DNA of 64,000 nucleotides, from NCBI GenBank assembly GCA_044869805.1, contig JBIOXV010000207.1, forward strand, positions 8,062 to 72,061, written 5' to 3'. Position 1 is the first letter of the stretch. Each line of letters opens with the position of its first letter. Positions 30,268 through 38,808 of the stretch are shown here, piece by piece. This DNA is from Thermoanaerobaculia bacterium (lineage in GTDB: Bacteria > Acidobacteriota > Thermoanaerobaculia > Multivoradales > SZUA-115). A program made the position numbers and the translations under genes. The notes under the pieces are model-generated. The model had not been told where the DNA came from. It made no database searches and saw nothing but the letters and a program-made list of their open reading frames with translations.

Positions 30268-31673
30268 CGTACCCGGCGGCCGATACCACTCACTCCGTCT
30301 CCGAGCTCTGCGACGGCATCCACGCCCTCCTCGCGGAGGCCTTCCCGTCGTTGTGGGTGGCGGGGGAGGTGCAGCGGGTCCGGCGTAGCCAGCGCGGCCA
30401 CCTCTACTTCGAGCTCGTCGAGAAGGGCGCCGGCGACGAGGTCGCGGCCAAGCTCGACGCCGTGATCTGGCGCACCGACCTCGAGCGCATCAGCCGCCTG
30501 CTCGCCGCCTCGGGGCAGTCGATCGCCGAAGGGGTGGATCTGCGCTGCCGGGCCGGGGTGGACTTCTACCCGCCCGGCGGCCGGCTGCAACTCGTGGTGC
30601 GCGAGGTCGACCCGCTGGCCACCCTCGGCCTGCTCGAGCGCCGCCGCCAGCAGACGCTCGCCGAGCTGGCCGCGGCCGGCCTCCTCGACAAGAACCGCGG
30701 CCTGGCCCTGCCCGATCTCCCGCTCGAGGTGGCGCTCGTCACTTCGCACGGCAGCGCCGCCTACCACGACTTCCTCTCTACCCTGCGCGAGAGCGGCTAC
30801 GGCTTCCGGGTGCTCTTCGTACACGCCTCGGTGCAGGGCAAGAACGCGGAGCGCGAGATTGCCTCGGCCCTCGCGGCGCTGGCCGGGTCCGGCGCGCGCC
30901 TGGCCTGTGCCGTGCTGGTGCGCGGCGGCGGCTCGCGCTCCGACCTCGCCGTATTCGACAGCCGCGAGGTCGCCCTCGCCGTGGCCGGCGCGCCCTTCCC
31001 CGTAGTCACCGGGCTCGGCCACGAGATCGACCAGGCGATCGCCGACCGCGTGGCCCACACCGCGGTGAAGACCCCCACCAAGGCCGCCGAGCTGCTGGTG
31101 GAGATGGTGGCACGCGCCGAGCAGGGGCTCGCCGCGCTCGCCGGCGGGCTCAAGTCCGCTGCCCTGCTGCCGCTCGACCGCGGGCGGCACCGCCTGGCGC
31201 TTGCCGAGCACGGGGTGACGCGCGCCCGGCACCGCTTGGCGCTCGCGGGCTCGCGCCTGGCCGAGCTGCACCGTTCGCTCGGCCGCGCCGGCCTCGTTCT
31301 ACTGCGCACCGCCGCCCACCGCCGCCGGGCTCTGGCCGAGCGGCTGCGCGACGCCTCGCCGCGCCTACTCGATCGCCGGGACGGAGAGCCGCGGCTTGCC
31401 GCGGCACGGCTCGCGTCCGCGTCGCGCGGCCAGCTCCGCGCGGCCTCGCGCGTCCTCTCCGGGCTCGAGCGCCTGTGCCTGGAGCTCGGCCCCGGCCGTA
31501 CGCTGCGCCGCGGGTTCACCATCACCCGCACGGCGGGCGGCGCGCTGATCCGCTCCCCGGCGGCGCTCGAGGCGGGCGAGCGCATCGTCACCGAGACGGC
31601 CGGCGGCACCCTGGCGAGCCGCGTCGAGAGCGCCCTCGCCCAGGCCGCCGGCGTGGAGGCCCGTGCCGTATGA
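30264..31673 (+). CDS. xseA: exodeoxyribonuclease VII large subunit
   Basis: OB-fold N-terminus and an ExoVII_L catalytic and coiled-coil region. The probable TTG start overlaps the upstream stop (ATTGA). xseB overlaps its stop. Confidence 0.8.
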   Translation: MTYPAADTTHSVSELCDGIHALLAEAFPSLWVAGEVQRVRRSQRGHLYFELVEKGAGDEVAAKLDAVIWRTDLERISRLLAASGQSIAEGVDLRCRAGVDFYPPGGRLQLVVREVDPLATLGLLERRRQQTLAELAAAGLLDKNRGLALPDLPLEVALVTSHGSAAYHDFLSTLRESGYGFRVLFVHASVQGKNAEREIASALAALAGSGARLACAVLVRGGGSRSDLAVFDSREVALAVAGAPFPVVTGLGHEIDQAIADRVAHTAVKTPTKAAELLVEMVARAEQGLAALAGGLKSAALLPLDRGRHRLALAEHGVTRARHRLALAGSRLAELHRSLGRAGLVLLRTAAHRRRALAERLRDASPRLLDRRDGEPRLAAARLASASRGQLRAASRVLSGLERLCLELGPGRTLRRGFTITRTAGGALIRSPAALEAGERIVTETAGGTLASRVESALAQAAGVEARAV

Positions 31674-31930
31674 GCTCCGAAAAGACGAACCAGCCGGCTG
31701 CGAGCGCCGCCTCCGAGGCGCCGGCACCGAGCTTCTCCGAGGCGATGGCCGAGCTGGAGTCGATCCTGGCGCGTATCGAGAGCGAGGAGATCGACGTCGA
31801 CGACCTCGCCCACGAGCTGCGGCGGGCGAGCGAGCTGCTGGAGATCGCGCGCGGCAAGATCCGCAAGGCCGAGGTGGAGGTCACGCAGATCGTGCAGGCG
31901 CTCGACGCCGAAGAGCGCGACAGCGAGTAG
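31670..31930 (+). CDS. xseB: exodeoxyribonuclease VII small subunit
   Basis: 86-aa helical protein (FSEAMAELESILARIESEE..). Its ATG overlaps the xseA stop (ATGA). Confidence 0.85.
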   Translation: MSSEKTNQPAASAASEAPAPSFSEAMAELESILARIESEEIDVDDLAHELRRASELLEIARGKIRKAEVEVTQIVQALDAEERDSE

Positions 31931-32029
31931 CGCGCCTGCGGCGTCAGGTCACGACACAACGGCGAAGGTCGACCAGGGCGCCGCAACGCCGGCCTTGCCA
32001 GCGCTCCCGCCCGTCCGTAGGATGGGCCG

Positions 32030-34753
32030 GTGCGTCTTGCTTCCGTGCGCGGCCCGCTCGCGGGCTGCCTGCTCGCCGCCCTAGCCGTCTCCGCCGTCGA
32101 AACCCCGGCGCCCGAACCGGCGCTCTCCGACCCGCCCGCCAAGTACACTGCCTGGCTCGCCGAGGTGGCGGTCCTGATCTCGGACGCCGAGCGCCAGGCG
32201 TTCCTCGCCCTGGGCAAGGATTTCCAGCGCGAGGAGTTCATCCGCCGTTTCTGGCAGGCGCGCGATCCCTACCCCCAGACGGCGCGCAACGAATTCCGAG
32301 AGGGATGGAACGAGCGGGTGGAAGAGGCGCGCAAGCGCTTCGACGGGCTGGAGGGAGCCCGCGCGCGGATGCTCCTGGCGCTGGGGCCGCCGGAGTCCAC
32401 AGTGCGCGCCTCCTGCAGCGAGCTGCTGCGGCCGCTGGAGATCTGGTGGTACTCCCGGGTGCGCGGCGTGCGCGATTCCTTCGCCCTCGTCTTCGTGGCG
32501 CCCACCGGCGCGCCGGGAGGGCCGTTCGAGCTCTGGCACCCGACCCAGGGCCTGCAATCGCTGCTCTCGCCGTCGAGTCAGGCCTTCTCCGAGCCTGCGC
32601 CGAGGGACCTGCTCGTGCCCGGCGGCGCCGCGCGGGGGCGCGCCAGCTCGCGGGGGAACGACGGCGAGGGAATGGGCGCCTCGGGGTTCGGGTCGGCCCC
32701 TGCTTTGGGAGCTTTGGGGGCGGGAAGCGAGCCCGGCCGGGTCTTCGCGGCCATCGCCGAGCGCTGCAGCCGCGGCGACGACATCCTCTCCGGCCTGGCG
32801 AGCGCCGTCGACCTGGGAGCGGCCGGCGTCGAGCGCGCGCTGCTGCCGCGGCCGAGCGATGAGTGGCTGCGCACCTTCGTGGCCTACTCGACCGACCTGC
32901 CCGCCGGCGCCGCCATCTTCGAGGCCGACCTCGCCGTCGCCTTTCCCGGCCGCCAGCAGAGCCGCACCGTGATCCAGGGCCTGCTCTCCGTGCCAGTGCC
33001 GGAGGGGGTGCCAGTGCCGGAAGGGGTGCCAGTGCCGGAAGGGGAGGGAGGCGCGGCGCGCCAAGGCTACGTGCTCGACGGCGAGGTGCTGCGCGGCGAG
33101 GAGCTGTTCGAGCACTTCCGCTACCGGTTCCAGATGGGCGCCGCGGACCGGGTCGAGGGTCGCTGGCCGCTCCTGTTCCAGCGCCTGCTGCGGCCCGGCG
33201 AGTACACTTTGATCCTCAAGCTCGAAGAGCAGGGCAGCGGCCGCTTCTTCCGCGCCGAGCGGCAGCTCTCGGTGCCGGCCGAGACGGGACCCGCGACGGT
33301 GCCGGCGGGGCCAGCGGCCGCCGCCTCGGAGCTGACGGGTGCCGGCCCGGCAGCCCCCGCGCGCGACCCCCGGGCGCCGGTGCTCGCCGAGGCGAACGCG
33401 GCGCTCGCCGGGAGCGACAGCGCCGTCGAGCTGCTGGCGCCGCCGGCGCGCCTGCTCACCGGGCGCCAGCGCTTCGAGGCCCTGGCGGTGGGCGCTACGG
33501 TCTCGCGGGTGCGCTTCGACCTCGACGGCAAGCCGGTGCTCACCAAGCGCGAGCCGCCGTTCAGCGCCGAGGTGGACCTCGGCCCCGCGCCGCGCATCCA
33601 TCGGCTGCGGGCGGTGGCGCTCGACACCGAGGCGCGCGAGCTCGCGACCGACGAGCTGATCGTCAACGCCGGGCCGCACCGCTTCGCCGTGCGTCTGATC
33701 GAGCCGCGGCCCGGCGAGCGCTACACGGCGAGCGTGCCGGCCGCCGCCGTGGTCGAGGTGCCGGAGGGCGAGGTGCTCGAGCGCCTCGAGCTCTACCGCG
33801 GCGAGGCCCTGGTCGCGACCCTCTTCCAGTCGCCGTTCTCGCAGCCCATCCTGCTCCCCGCCGGCGAGGAGGCGGCCTACGTGCGGGCGGTGGCGCATCT
33901 CGCCGGCGGCGGCTCGGCCGAGGACGCCGTGCTGATCAACAGCCCGCAGTTCGGCGAGAGCGTGAAGGTGCGCTTCGTCGAGCTCTACACCGCGGTCGTC
34001 GATCGCCGCGGGCGGCCGGTCGAGGGCCTGGCGCGCGACGACTTCCGGGTGTTCGAGAACGGTGCCGAGCAGAGCGTGATGCGCTTCGAGAAGGTGCGCG
34101 ACCAGCCCATTCACGCCGGCATCCTGCTCGACACCTCGGCCTCGATGCTCGAGGAGCTCGACGACGCCGAGGCGGGCGCCCTCCAGTTCTTCCGCTCGGT
34201 TCTGACGCCGAGGGACCGCGCCGCGGTGATCACCTTCAATGACGGGCCGCGCCTCGCCGTGCGCTTCACCAGCGACCCCGAGGTCCTGGCCGGCGGCCTT
34301 TCCGGCCTGACCGCCGAGGGCGAGACGGCGCTCTACGACAGCCTGATCTACGCCCTCTACTACTTCAGCGGCCTGTCCGGAAAACGCGCCCTGATCCTGC
34401 TCTCCGACGGCGAGGACTCCTCCAGCCGCTACCGCTTCGAGGAGGTGGTCGAGTACGCCCGCCGCACGGGCGTAGCGATCTACCCGATCGGCATCGATCT
34501 CGCGAGCCGCCAGAACGAGTTCCGCCTGAAGCTCTCGCGCCTGGCGCGGGAGACGGGGGGGCTCGCCTTCTTCACCGAGGGCGCGAGCGGCCTCGGCCGT
34601 GCCTACGACGCGATCGCCGCGGAGCTGCGCTCGCAGTACCTGCTCGCCTACCAGTCGGCGAGCGAGGGGAGAGACGAGGCGTTCCGCGAGATCGAGGTGA
34701 AGATGCGGGAGGCGGGGCTGGATGCGAAGACGATCCTCGGCTACTACCCCTGA
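32030..34753 (+). CDS. secreted GWxTD-like/VWA protein, paralog 5
   Basis: GTG start, signal peptide, FWQARDPYPQTARNE motif, internal VPVPEG x3 tandem repeat, MIDAS LLDTSASM, and a terminal LGYYP. Confidence 0.7.
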   Translation: MRLASVRGPLAGCLLAALAVSAVETPAPEPALSDPPAKYTAWLAEVAVLISDAERQAFLALGKDFQREEFIRRFWQARDPYPQTARNEFREGWNERVEEARKRFDGLEGARARMLLALGPPESTVRASCSELLRPLEIWWYSRVRGVRDSFALVFVAPTGAPGGPFELWHPTQGLQSLLSPSSQAFSEPAPRDLLVPGGAARGRASSRGNDGEGMGASGFGSAPALGALGAGSEPGRVFAAIAERCSRGDDILSGLASAVDLGAAGVERALLPRPSDEWLRTFVAYSTDLPAGAAIFEADLAVAFPGRQQSRTVIQGLLSVPVPEGVPVPEGVPVPEGEGGAARQGYVLDGEVLRGEELFEHFRYRFQMGAADRVEGRWPLLFQRLLRPGEYTLILKLEEQGSGRFFRAERQLSVPAETGPATVPAGPAAAASELTGAGPAAPARDPRAPVLAEANAALAGSDSAVELLAPPARLLTGRQRFEALAVGATVSRVRFDLDGKPVLTKREPPFSAEVDLGPAPRIHRLRAVALDTEARELATDELIVNAGPHRFAVRLIEPRPGERYTASVPAAAVVEVPEGEVLERLELYRGEALVATLFQSPFSQPILLPAGEEAAYVRAVAHLAGGGSAEDAVLINSPQFGESVKVRFVELYTAVVDRRGRPVEGLARDDFRVFENGAEQSVMRFEKVRDQPIHAGILLDTSASMLEELDDAEAGALQFFRSVLTPRDRAAVITFNDGPRLAVRFTSDPEVLAGGLSGLTAEGETALYDSLIYALYYFSGLSGKRALILLSDGEDSSSRYRFEEVVEYARRTGVAIYPIGIDLASRQNEFRLKLSRLARETGGLAFFTEGASGLGRAYDAIAAELRSQYLLAYQSASEGRDEAFREIEVKMREAGLDAKTILGYYP
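32990..33043 (+). repeat. three 18-bp tandem repeats encoding (VPVPEG)x3 inside paralog 5
   Basis: GTGCCAGTGCCGGA(A/G)GGG repeated three times. Confidence 0.7.
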
Positions 34754-34899
34754 GAGCCCATGAGGAAACCTGCTGCGCGGGCCACCTGCAGCGTCGCGGG
34801 TCCTCCCGGGAATCCTCACAGGCTGTCGTGTATGCTCCGGTTCCCGGGCCCTCCCGCTCCTTGCATCTGGCCCGCTCGCTACGGTTTCCTCACGGGCTC
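34754..34899 (+). repeat. copy C of the roughly 140-bp conserved element, with a 17-bp terminal inverted repeat (16/17)
   Basis: The arms GAGCCCATGAGGAAACC ... GGTTTCCTCACGGGCTC flank the conserved core. Lies directly after the stop of paralog 5 and before maf. Confidence 0.65.
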
Positions 34900-34905
34900 T
34901 TCACC

Positions 34906-35520
34906 TTGCTGCCCCGCCTGATCCTTGCCTCCGGCTCGCCGCGGCGGCGGGAGATGCTCTCCAGGCTCGGCCTGGAATTCACCGTGCGGGCGATCGACCT
35001 CGACGAGACGCCGCTCGCCGGCGAGCCGGCCGAGGCCATGGTGCGCCGGCTGGCTCTCGCCAAGGCGCGGGCGATCGCCGAGAGCGGGGAGCTGATCCTG
35101 GCGGCCGACACCGTGGTGGTGCTCGAGGGCGATCTGCTCGGCAAACCGCGCGACAGCGCGGCGGCCGTGGCCACACTCACCCGGCTGGCTGGCCGCGAGC
35201 ACACGGTCGCGACGGGTGTGGCCCTCTTCGAGCCGGACGCCGGCGGCGGCCGCGAGAGGGTGACCGTCGAGGTTTCGAGAGTGCGGATGGCGCCGATGAA
35301 CGAGCTCGAGGTCGCGTGGTACGTGGGCACCGGCGAGCCGCTCGACCGGGCCGGGAGCTACGCCATTCAGGGACATGGCGCACTCTTCGTCGACGCCGTC
35401 GACGGCAACTACAGCAACGTGGTGGGGCTGCCGCTGCCGGCGACCTACCGGCTGTTCCGGGAGATGGGCTACGACCTGCTGCAGTGGGCTGCCGGCGACG
35501 GCCTCAGTCGCCCACCTTGA
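34906..35520 (+). CDS. maf: Maf-like nucleoside triphosphate pyrophosphatase
   Basis: LILASGSPRRREML N-terminus and the Maf fold. The TTG start at 34906 is preferred over the ATG at 34828, which lies inside the repeat element. Confidence 0.75.
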   Translation: MLPRLILASGSPRRREMLSRLGLEFTVRAIDLDETPLAGEPAEAMVRRLALAKARAIAESGELILAADTVVVLEGDLLGKPRDSAAAVATLTRLAGREHTVATGVALFEPDAGGGRERVTVEVSRVRMAPMNELEVAWYVGTGEPLDRAGSYAIQGHGALFVDAVDGNYSNVVGLPLPATYRLFREMGYDLLQWAAGDGLSRPP

Positions 35521-35815
35521 TCGGATCGCCGAGCTGATTCAACGCAAAGTTGGCCATGATCTGGTGGCCGTTGAAATCGAGCACCCGGATATCCTGCGCC
35601 TTCTCGAGATCGGCCGCGATCGAGGCGAAGGAGTGGCTGTAGCGCTGGCGGACGGCTTCCAGGTCCACCTCGTAGGCGATGAACTTGTCGATGCCCTTGT
35701 ATCGCAGCTTCTCGACCAGCCGCTCGTCGGTGAGCTGGGGGAAAGTCGAGAGCACCAGGATCGGCCCGGTGCCGGTGAAGATCAGGTATGCGCGGGTCGA
35801 GGCGTGGACGCTCAT
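35504..35815 (-). CDS. small hypothetical protein (103 aa)
   Basis: Clean ORF with a purine-rich RBS. Convergent with maf and overlaps its end. I recognise no domain. Confidence 0.35.
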   Translation of the reverse strand: MSVHASTRAYLIFTGTGPILVLSTFPQLTDERLVEKLRYKGIDKFIAYEVDLEAVRQRYSHSFASIAADLEKAQDIRVLDFNGHQIMANFALNQLGDPIKVGD

Positions 35816-35887
35816 GGCTTTCTCTCTCGAGGGACGGCGGGAAGCTAACGCCCCCGGTGGGGCCTGTCAAGGCGACGGGAGCGGCGC

Positions 35888-36661
35888 GTGAGCCCTCGCC
35901 GCGCCGCCGGGGCGGCGCCCCCTGCCGTGGTCCTCGTGCGGCCGCAGGAGGAGGGCAACGTGGGCGCGGTGGCGCGCGCCATGGCCAACATGGGCCTCGA
36001 ACGGCTGCTGCTGGTCGAGCCGGCGGTGCCGCTCGGCTCGATGGCCCGGGCCCTGGCCGTCAAGGCGCGGGGCATCCTCGCCGGCGCAGAGCGGTTCCCC
36101 TCGCTCGCCGAGGCGGTGCGGCCTTTCCAGCGGGTGGTGGGCACCACCGCCAGCCGGGGCCGCCGGCTGCCGATGGCCCCGCTCGCCCCCCGCGAGCTCG
36201 GCGCGGCCATCGCCGCCGAACCCGAGGTCGGTACGGCGCTGGTCTTCGGCCCGGAAACGAGCGGGCTCACGCTGGAAGAGCTGGCGCTCTGCGGCGCCGT
36301 GGTGGGGGTGCCGGCCGCGGCGCGGCACCCGACCCTGAACCTCGCCCAGGCGGTGCTGATCGTCGCCTACGAGCTCTTTCTGGCGCGCCGGCCGCGGGCC
36401 ACCGGTGAGAGCACCGAACGGCCCGCTCCACCCGAGGCCCCGGCCAGGGCGGAGCAGGTCGAGGGGCTGTTCCGGCAACTCGAGCCCCTGCTCGCCGCCA
36501 TCGGCTTCGCTCGTGACGAGAGCTTCGCGGGGGTGCTCCGCGACCTGCGCCGGCTGGCTGCCCGAAGCGAACTCACGGAGCGGGAGGTAGCGATCCTTCG
36601 GGGCATCTGCCGGCGTGCCGGCGTGCGGCTGGCGCACCAGCCGAAATTGGGGGCGGGCTAG
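35888..36661 (+). CDS. SpoU/TrmH-family RNA 2'-O-methyltransferase (TrmJ-like)
   Basis: VVLVRPQEEGNVGAVARAMANMGL N-terminus typical of TrmJ, plus a SPOUT knot region (GPETSGL). Confidence 0.7.
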   Translation: MSPRRAAGAAPPAVVLVRPQEEGNVGAVARAMANMGLERLLLVEPAVPLGSMARALAVKARGILAGAERFPSLAEAVRPFQRVVGTTASRGRRLPMAPLAPRELGAAIAAEPEVGTALVFGPETSGLTLEELALCGAVVGVPAAARHPTLNLAQAVLIVAYELFLARRPRATGESTERPAPPEAPARAEQVEGLFRQLEPLLAAIGFARDESFAGVLRDLRRLAARSELTEREVAILRGICRRAGVRLAHQPKLGAG

Positions 36662-36673
36662 CCCCAAGAAGGG

Positions 36674-38035
36674 CTAGCGGGGAGCGCCGGCGTGCGCTTC
36701 CTCGGTGCTCCTGCGCACGCGCCGGGAGAGGCCGCGCAGCATGGCGACCGTGACGCGCTCGGCCGTCGCCGCTTCCTGGAACAGCAGCAGGGCGGTGAGG
36801 GCCTCGCGCTCGATGTCCAACGCCTGGAAGATGGGCAGGATCTCTTCGGCGAGCTGCTTGATCTCGGCGCTGCGCCCCTGGCGGGCGTAGACCTCGGCGA
36901 GGTCGAGCGAGATCACGGCGGCATACGCGCTCATCCCCTGGGCAACGAAGGTGTTGCGGGCCCGCTCGAGGAGGGCCTCGGCCTGTTGCTCCTGGCCCAA
37001 GCCGGCGGCGATCCTGCCCTGCAGCCAGACGAGCTTGTGGCGGAGAAGCGGGTCGGCGTAGCGGTCGTAGAGCTCGCGGCTCTTGACCAGCAGGGAGCGT
37101 GCCTCCATGTAGCGCCCGGCTTCCGCGAAGAAGTCGATGAGGTTGTGGCGGGTACCGAGAGCGAGCTTGGGCTCGCGCTCCAGGTCCAGGACCTTCATCG
37201 CCTTCTGCAGGGTGGCGATCGCGCGGTCGGGCTCGAATCGCAGTCTGTGGAGCTCCGCCAGAGTGAGCATCACGCGGCCGGCCAGATGCGGGTCGCCGAT
37301 CCGGCGGAAGGCGGCGATGGCGCGCCGCAGCAGCGGCTCCGCCTCGGCCATGCGCCGCTGGTAGAGGTGCAGCGTGGCGCGGCGATGCAGGTACAGGGCC
37401 CACTCCACCGGGTCCTCGGTGCCGGCGGCGAGCAGCTCGCTGGCGCGATCGAAGGCCTCCTCCGCGCCTTTGAGGTCGGTCGCGATACGCCGGCAGTTGC
37501 CGATCGAAACCCAGCAGCGGCCCTTGAGGTCGTTCAGGATCCGTTCCTGGTAGAGCGGCGGCTCGAACTGCTCGGCGATGGCCAGGGCCAGCAAGGCGAG
37601 CTCCTCGGCCTGGCGGGAATCGGTGGACCAGGCCTGGGAGCAGCGCTCGATCAGGTGCTGAGCCAGCCCCCAGCTCTGGTAGCGGCGGGTGTTGCGCACC
37701 AGCACGGTCTGCCGCGCCGCCGGGTGGCGGGCGAGATCGGCGTAGAGGAGCGGTGCCTGCTCGCGCTCCCGCTCCAGGCTCGCCTGACGCTCGGCCAGCA
37801 CCTCCAGGGTTCTCGAGATGGCGGATTCGTAGGCGTGGCTCTGCCGGTCGGGCTCGGCCAGCAGCGTGGCGCGCAGGTCGGCCGCCAAGGCGCGGCCGGG
37901 CTCGGTGGCCTCTACCCGTTCCCGGCATTCGGAGCAGTTGAACAGATGCCAGCCGATCTGCAGCTTCGCCCGGCGCTCCAGACCGCCGGCGACGAAGCGC
38001 TGCAGGGCGTCCGCGTCAGGATGATTCCTGGGCAT
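36674..38035 (-). CDS. zinc-finger (zf-HC2-like HxxxCxxC) plus TPR-repeat protein
   Basis: N-terminal HLFNCSECRERV motif as in anti-sigma zinc fingers, and a long TPR-like helical region. Confidence 0.45.
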   Translation of the reverse strand: MPRNHPDADALQRFVAGGLERRAKLQIGWHLFNCSECRERVEATEPGRALAADLRATLLAEPDRQSHAYESAISRTLEVLAERQASLEREREQAPLLYADLARHPAARQTVLVRNTRRYQSWGLAQHLIERCSQAWSTDSRQAEELALLALAIAEQFEPPLYQERILNDLKGRCWVSIGNCRRIATDLKGAEEAFDRASELLAAGTEDPVEWALYLHRRATLHLYQRRMAEAEPLLRRAIAAFRRIGDPHLAGRVMLTLAELHRLRFEPDRAIATLQKAMKVLDLEREPKLALGTRHNLIDFFAEAGRYMEARSLLVKSRELYDRYADPLLRHKLVWLQGRIAAGLGQEQQAEALLERARNTFVAQGMSAYAAVISLDLAEVYARQGRSAEIKQLAEEILPIFQALDIEREALTALLLFQEAATAERVTVAMLRGLSRRVRRSTEEAHAGAPR

Positions 38036-38128
38036 TCAGGCTCCGTCCCGCGTCAAAAAGTACATGACCTCCCCTCGCGAGAGTGCAGACCGGGGTCGCA
38101 GTCGTAACATGGCCGTGCTCGGACGGCC

Positions 38129-38134
38129 ATTATA
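38129..38134 (-). promoter_or_regulatory. perfect TATAAT -10 hexamer upstream of the zinc-finger/TPR gene, followed by a 22-nt hairpin
   Basis: TATAAT on the minus strand about 95 nt upstream of the 38035 start. Next to the palindrome ATGGCCGTGCTCGGACGGCCAT. The -35 is weak (TGGATT). Confidence 0.3.
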
Positions 38135-38207
38135 CGCGTCCTCTCATTTTAATCCAGCCGCAACTCCTGGCAGGACGCGCCCAGGCGCTGCAGATGCCTC
38201 TACAGGC

Positions 38208-38519
38208 TTAGTCGTTGGGGTCCCAGCCAGGGCTGACCTGGATGATCTCGCCGCCGCTGTCCGGGTCCCTGGGGGCCAGGTCGTTGGGGTCCCAACCAGG
38301 GCTGACTTTCGCTGCTTCTTCTCGCTGGCCGCCGAGCCAGCGGGCGAGCGGCGAGTCGAGCAACCAGTCGATCGCCGCCTCCAGGAAGCCGACGGCGAAA
38401 ACCGGCTCTTCGCGGCCCGGAGCGCGGGGCGCTGCCCAGGCCGGGGACACAGCCGCGAGACAAAGAGCTACCGCCAAAGAGAGGGACAACAGTCTACGGG
38501 TGGAGGGGTACATGGACAT
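38208..38519 (-). CDS. small secreted protein with C-terminal tandem repeat (VSPGWDPND x2)
   Basis: GAGGAG RBS, signal peptide (LLSLSLAVALCLAAVSPAWA), and a 27-bp direct repeat spaced 69 bp apart at the 3-prime end. Confidence 0.5.
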   Translation of the reverse strand: MSMYPSTRRLLSLSLAVALCLAAVSPAWAAPRAPGREEPVFAVGFLEAAIDWLLDSPLARWLGGQREEAAKVSPGWDPNDLAPRDPDSGGEIIQVSPGWDPND

Positions 38520-38808
38520 CGGTGCTCTCCTCAGGATCGGGCCTGGATTGGATGAGTGGGTGGGTCCCACGGTCGACTCTCCCTTTCTCAGCCTGTGGCC
38601 ATTCTGAGGCCCGCCGGGCTGGCTGGGCACTGACATCGCTGCTCGGACGGCCGCCACTCGAGGAGCGCGATTCATACAGTCTCTTCAAAAAGAGCAGAAG
38701 CCAACTGAGACATGATGAGCCCTCTTCTAGGAAGAGTCTCCAGGTCGGCTTAGGGTGACAACTCCGGCCCATGGCGTGCGCGATCGCGATGATAGACTGC
38801 CGTGTCTA

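Noticed and set aside
34828-34905. ATG start at 34828 (MYAPVPGPSRSL...) reading in-frame into maf, and the similar MYAPVAG ORF at 13938
   Set aside because: The ATG lies inside the conserved repeat element. The corresponding short ORFs are in different frames relative to the downstream genes in the three copies, so conservation is nucleotide-level. Maf homology begins at LILASGSPRR, which fits the TTG at 34906.
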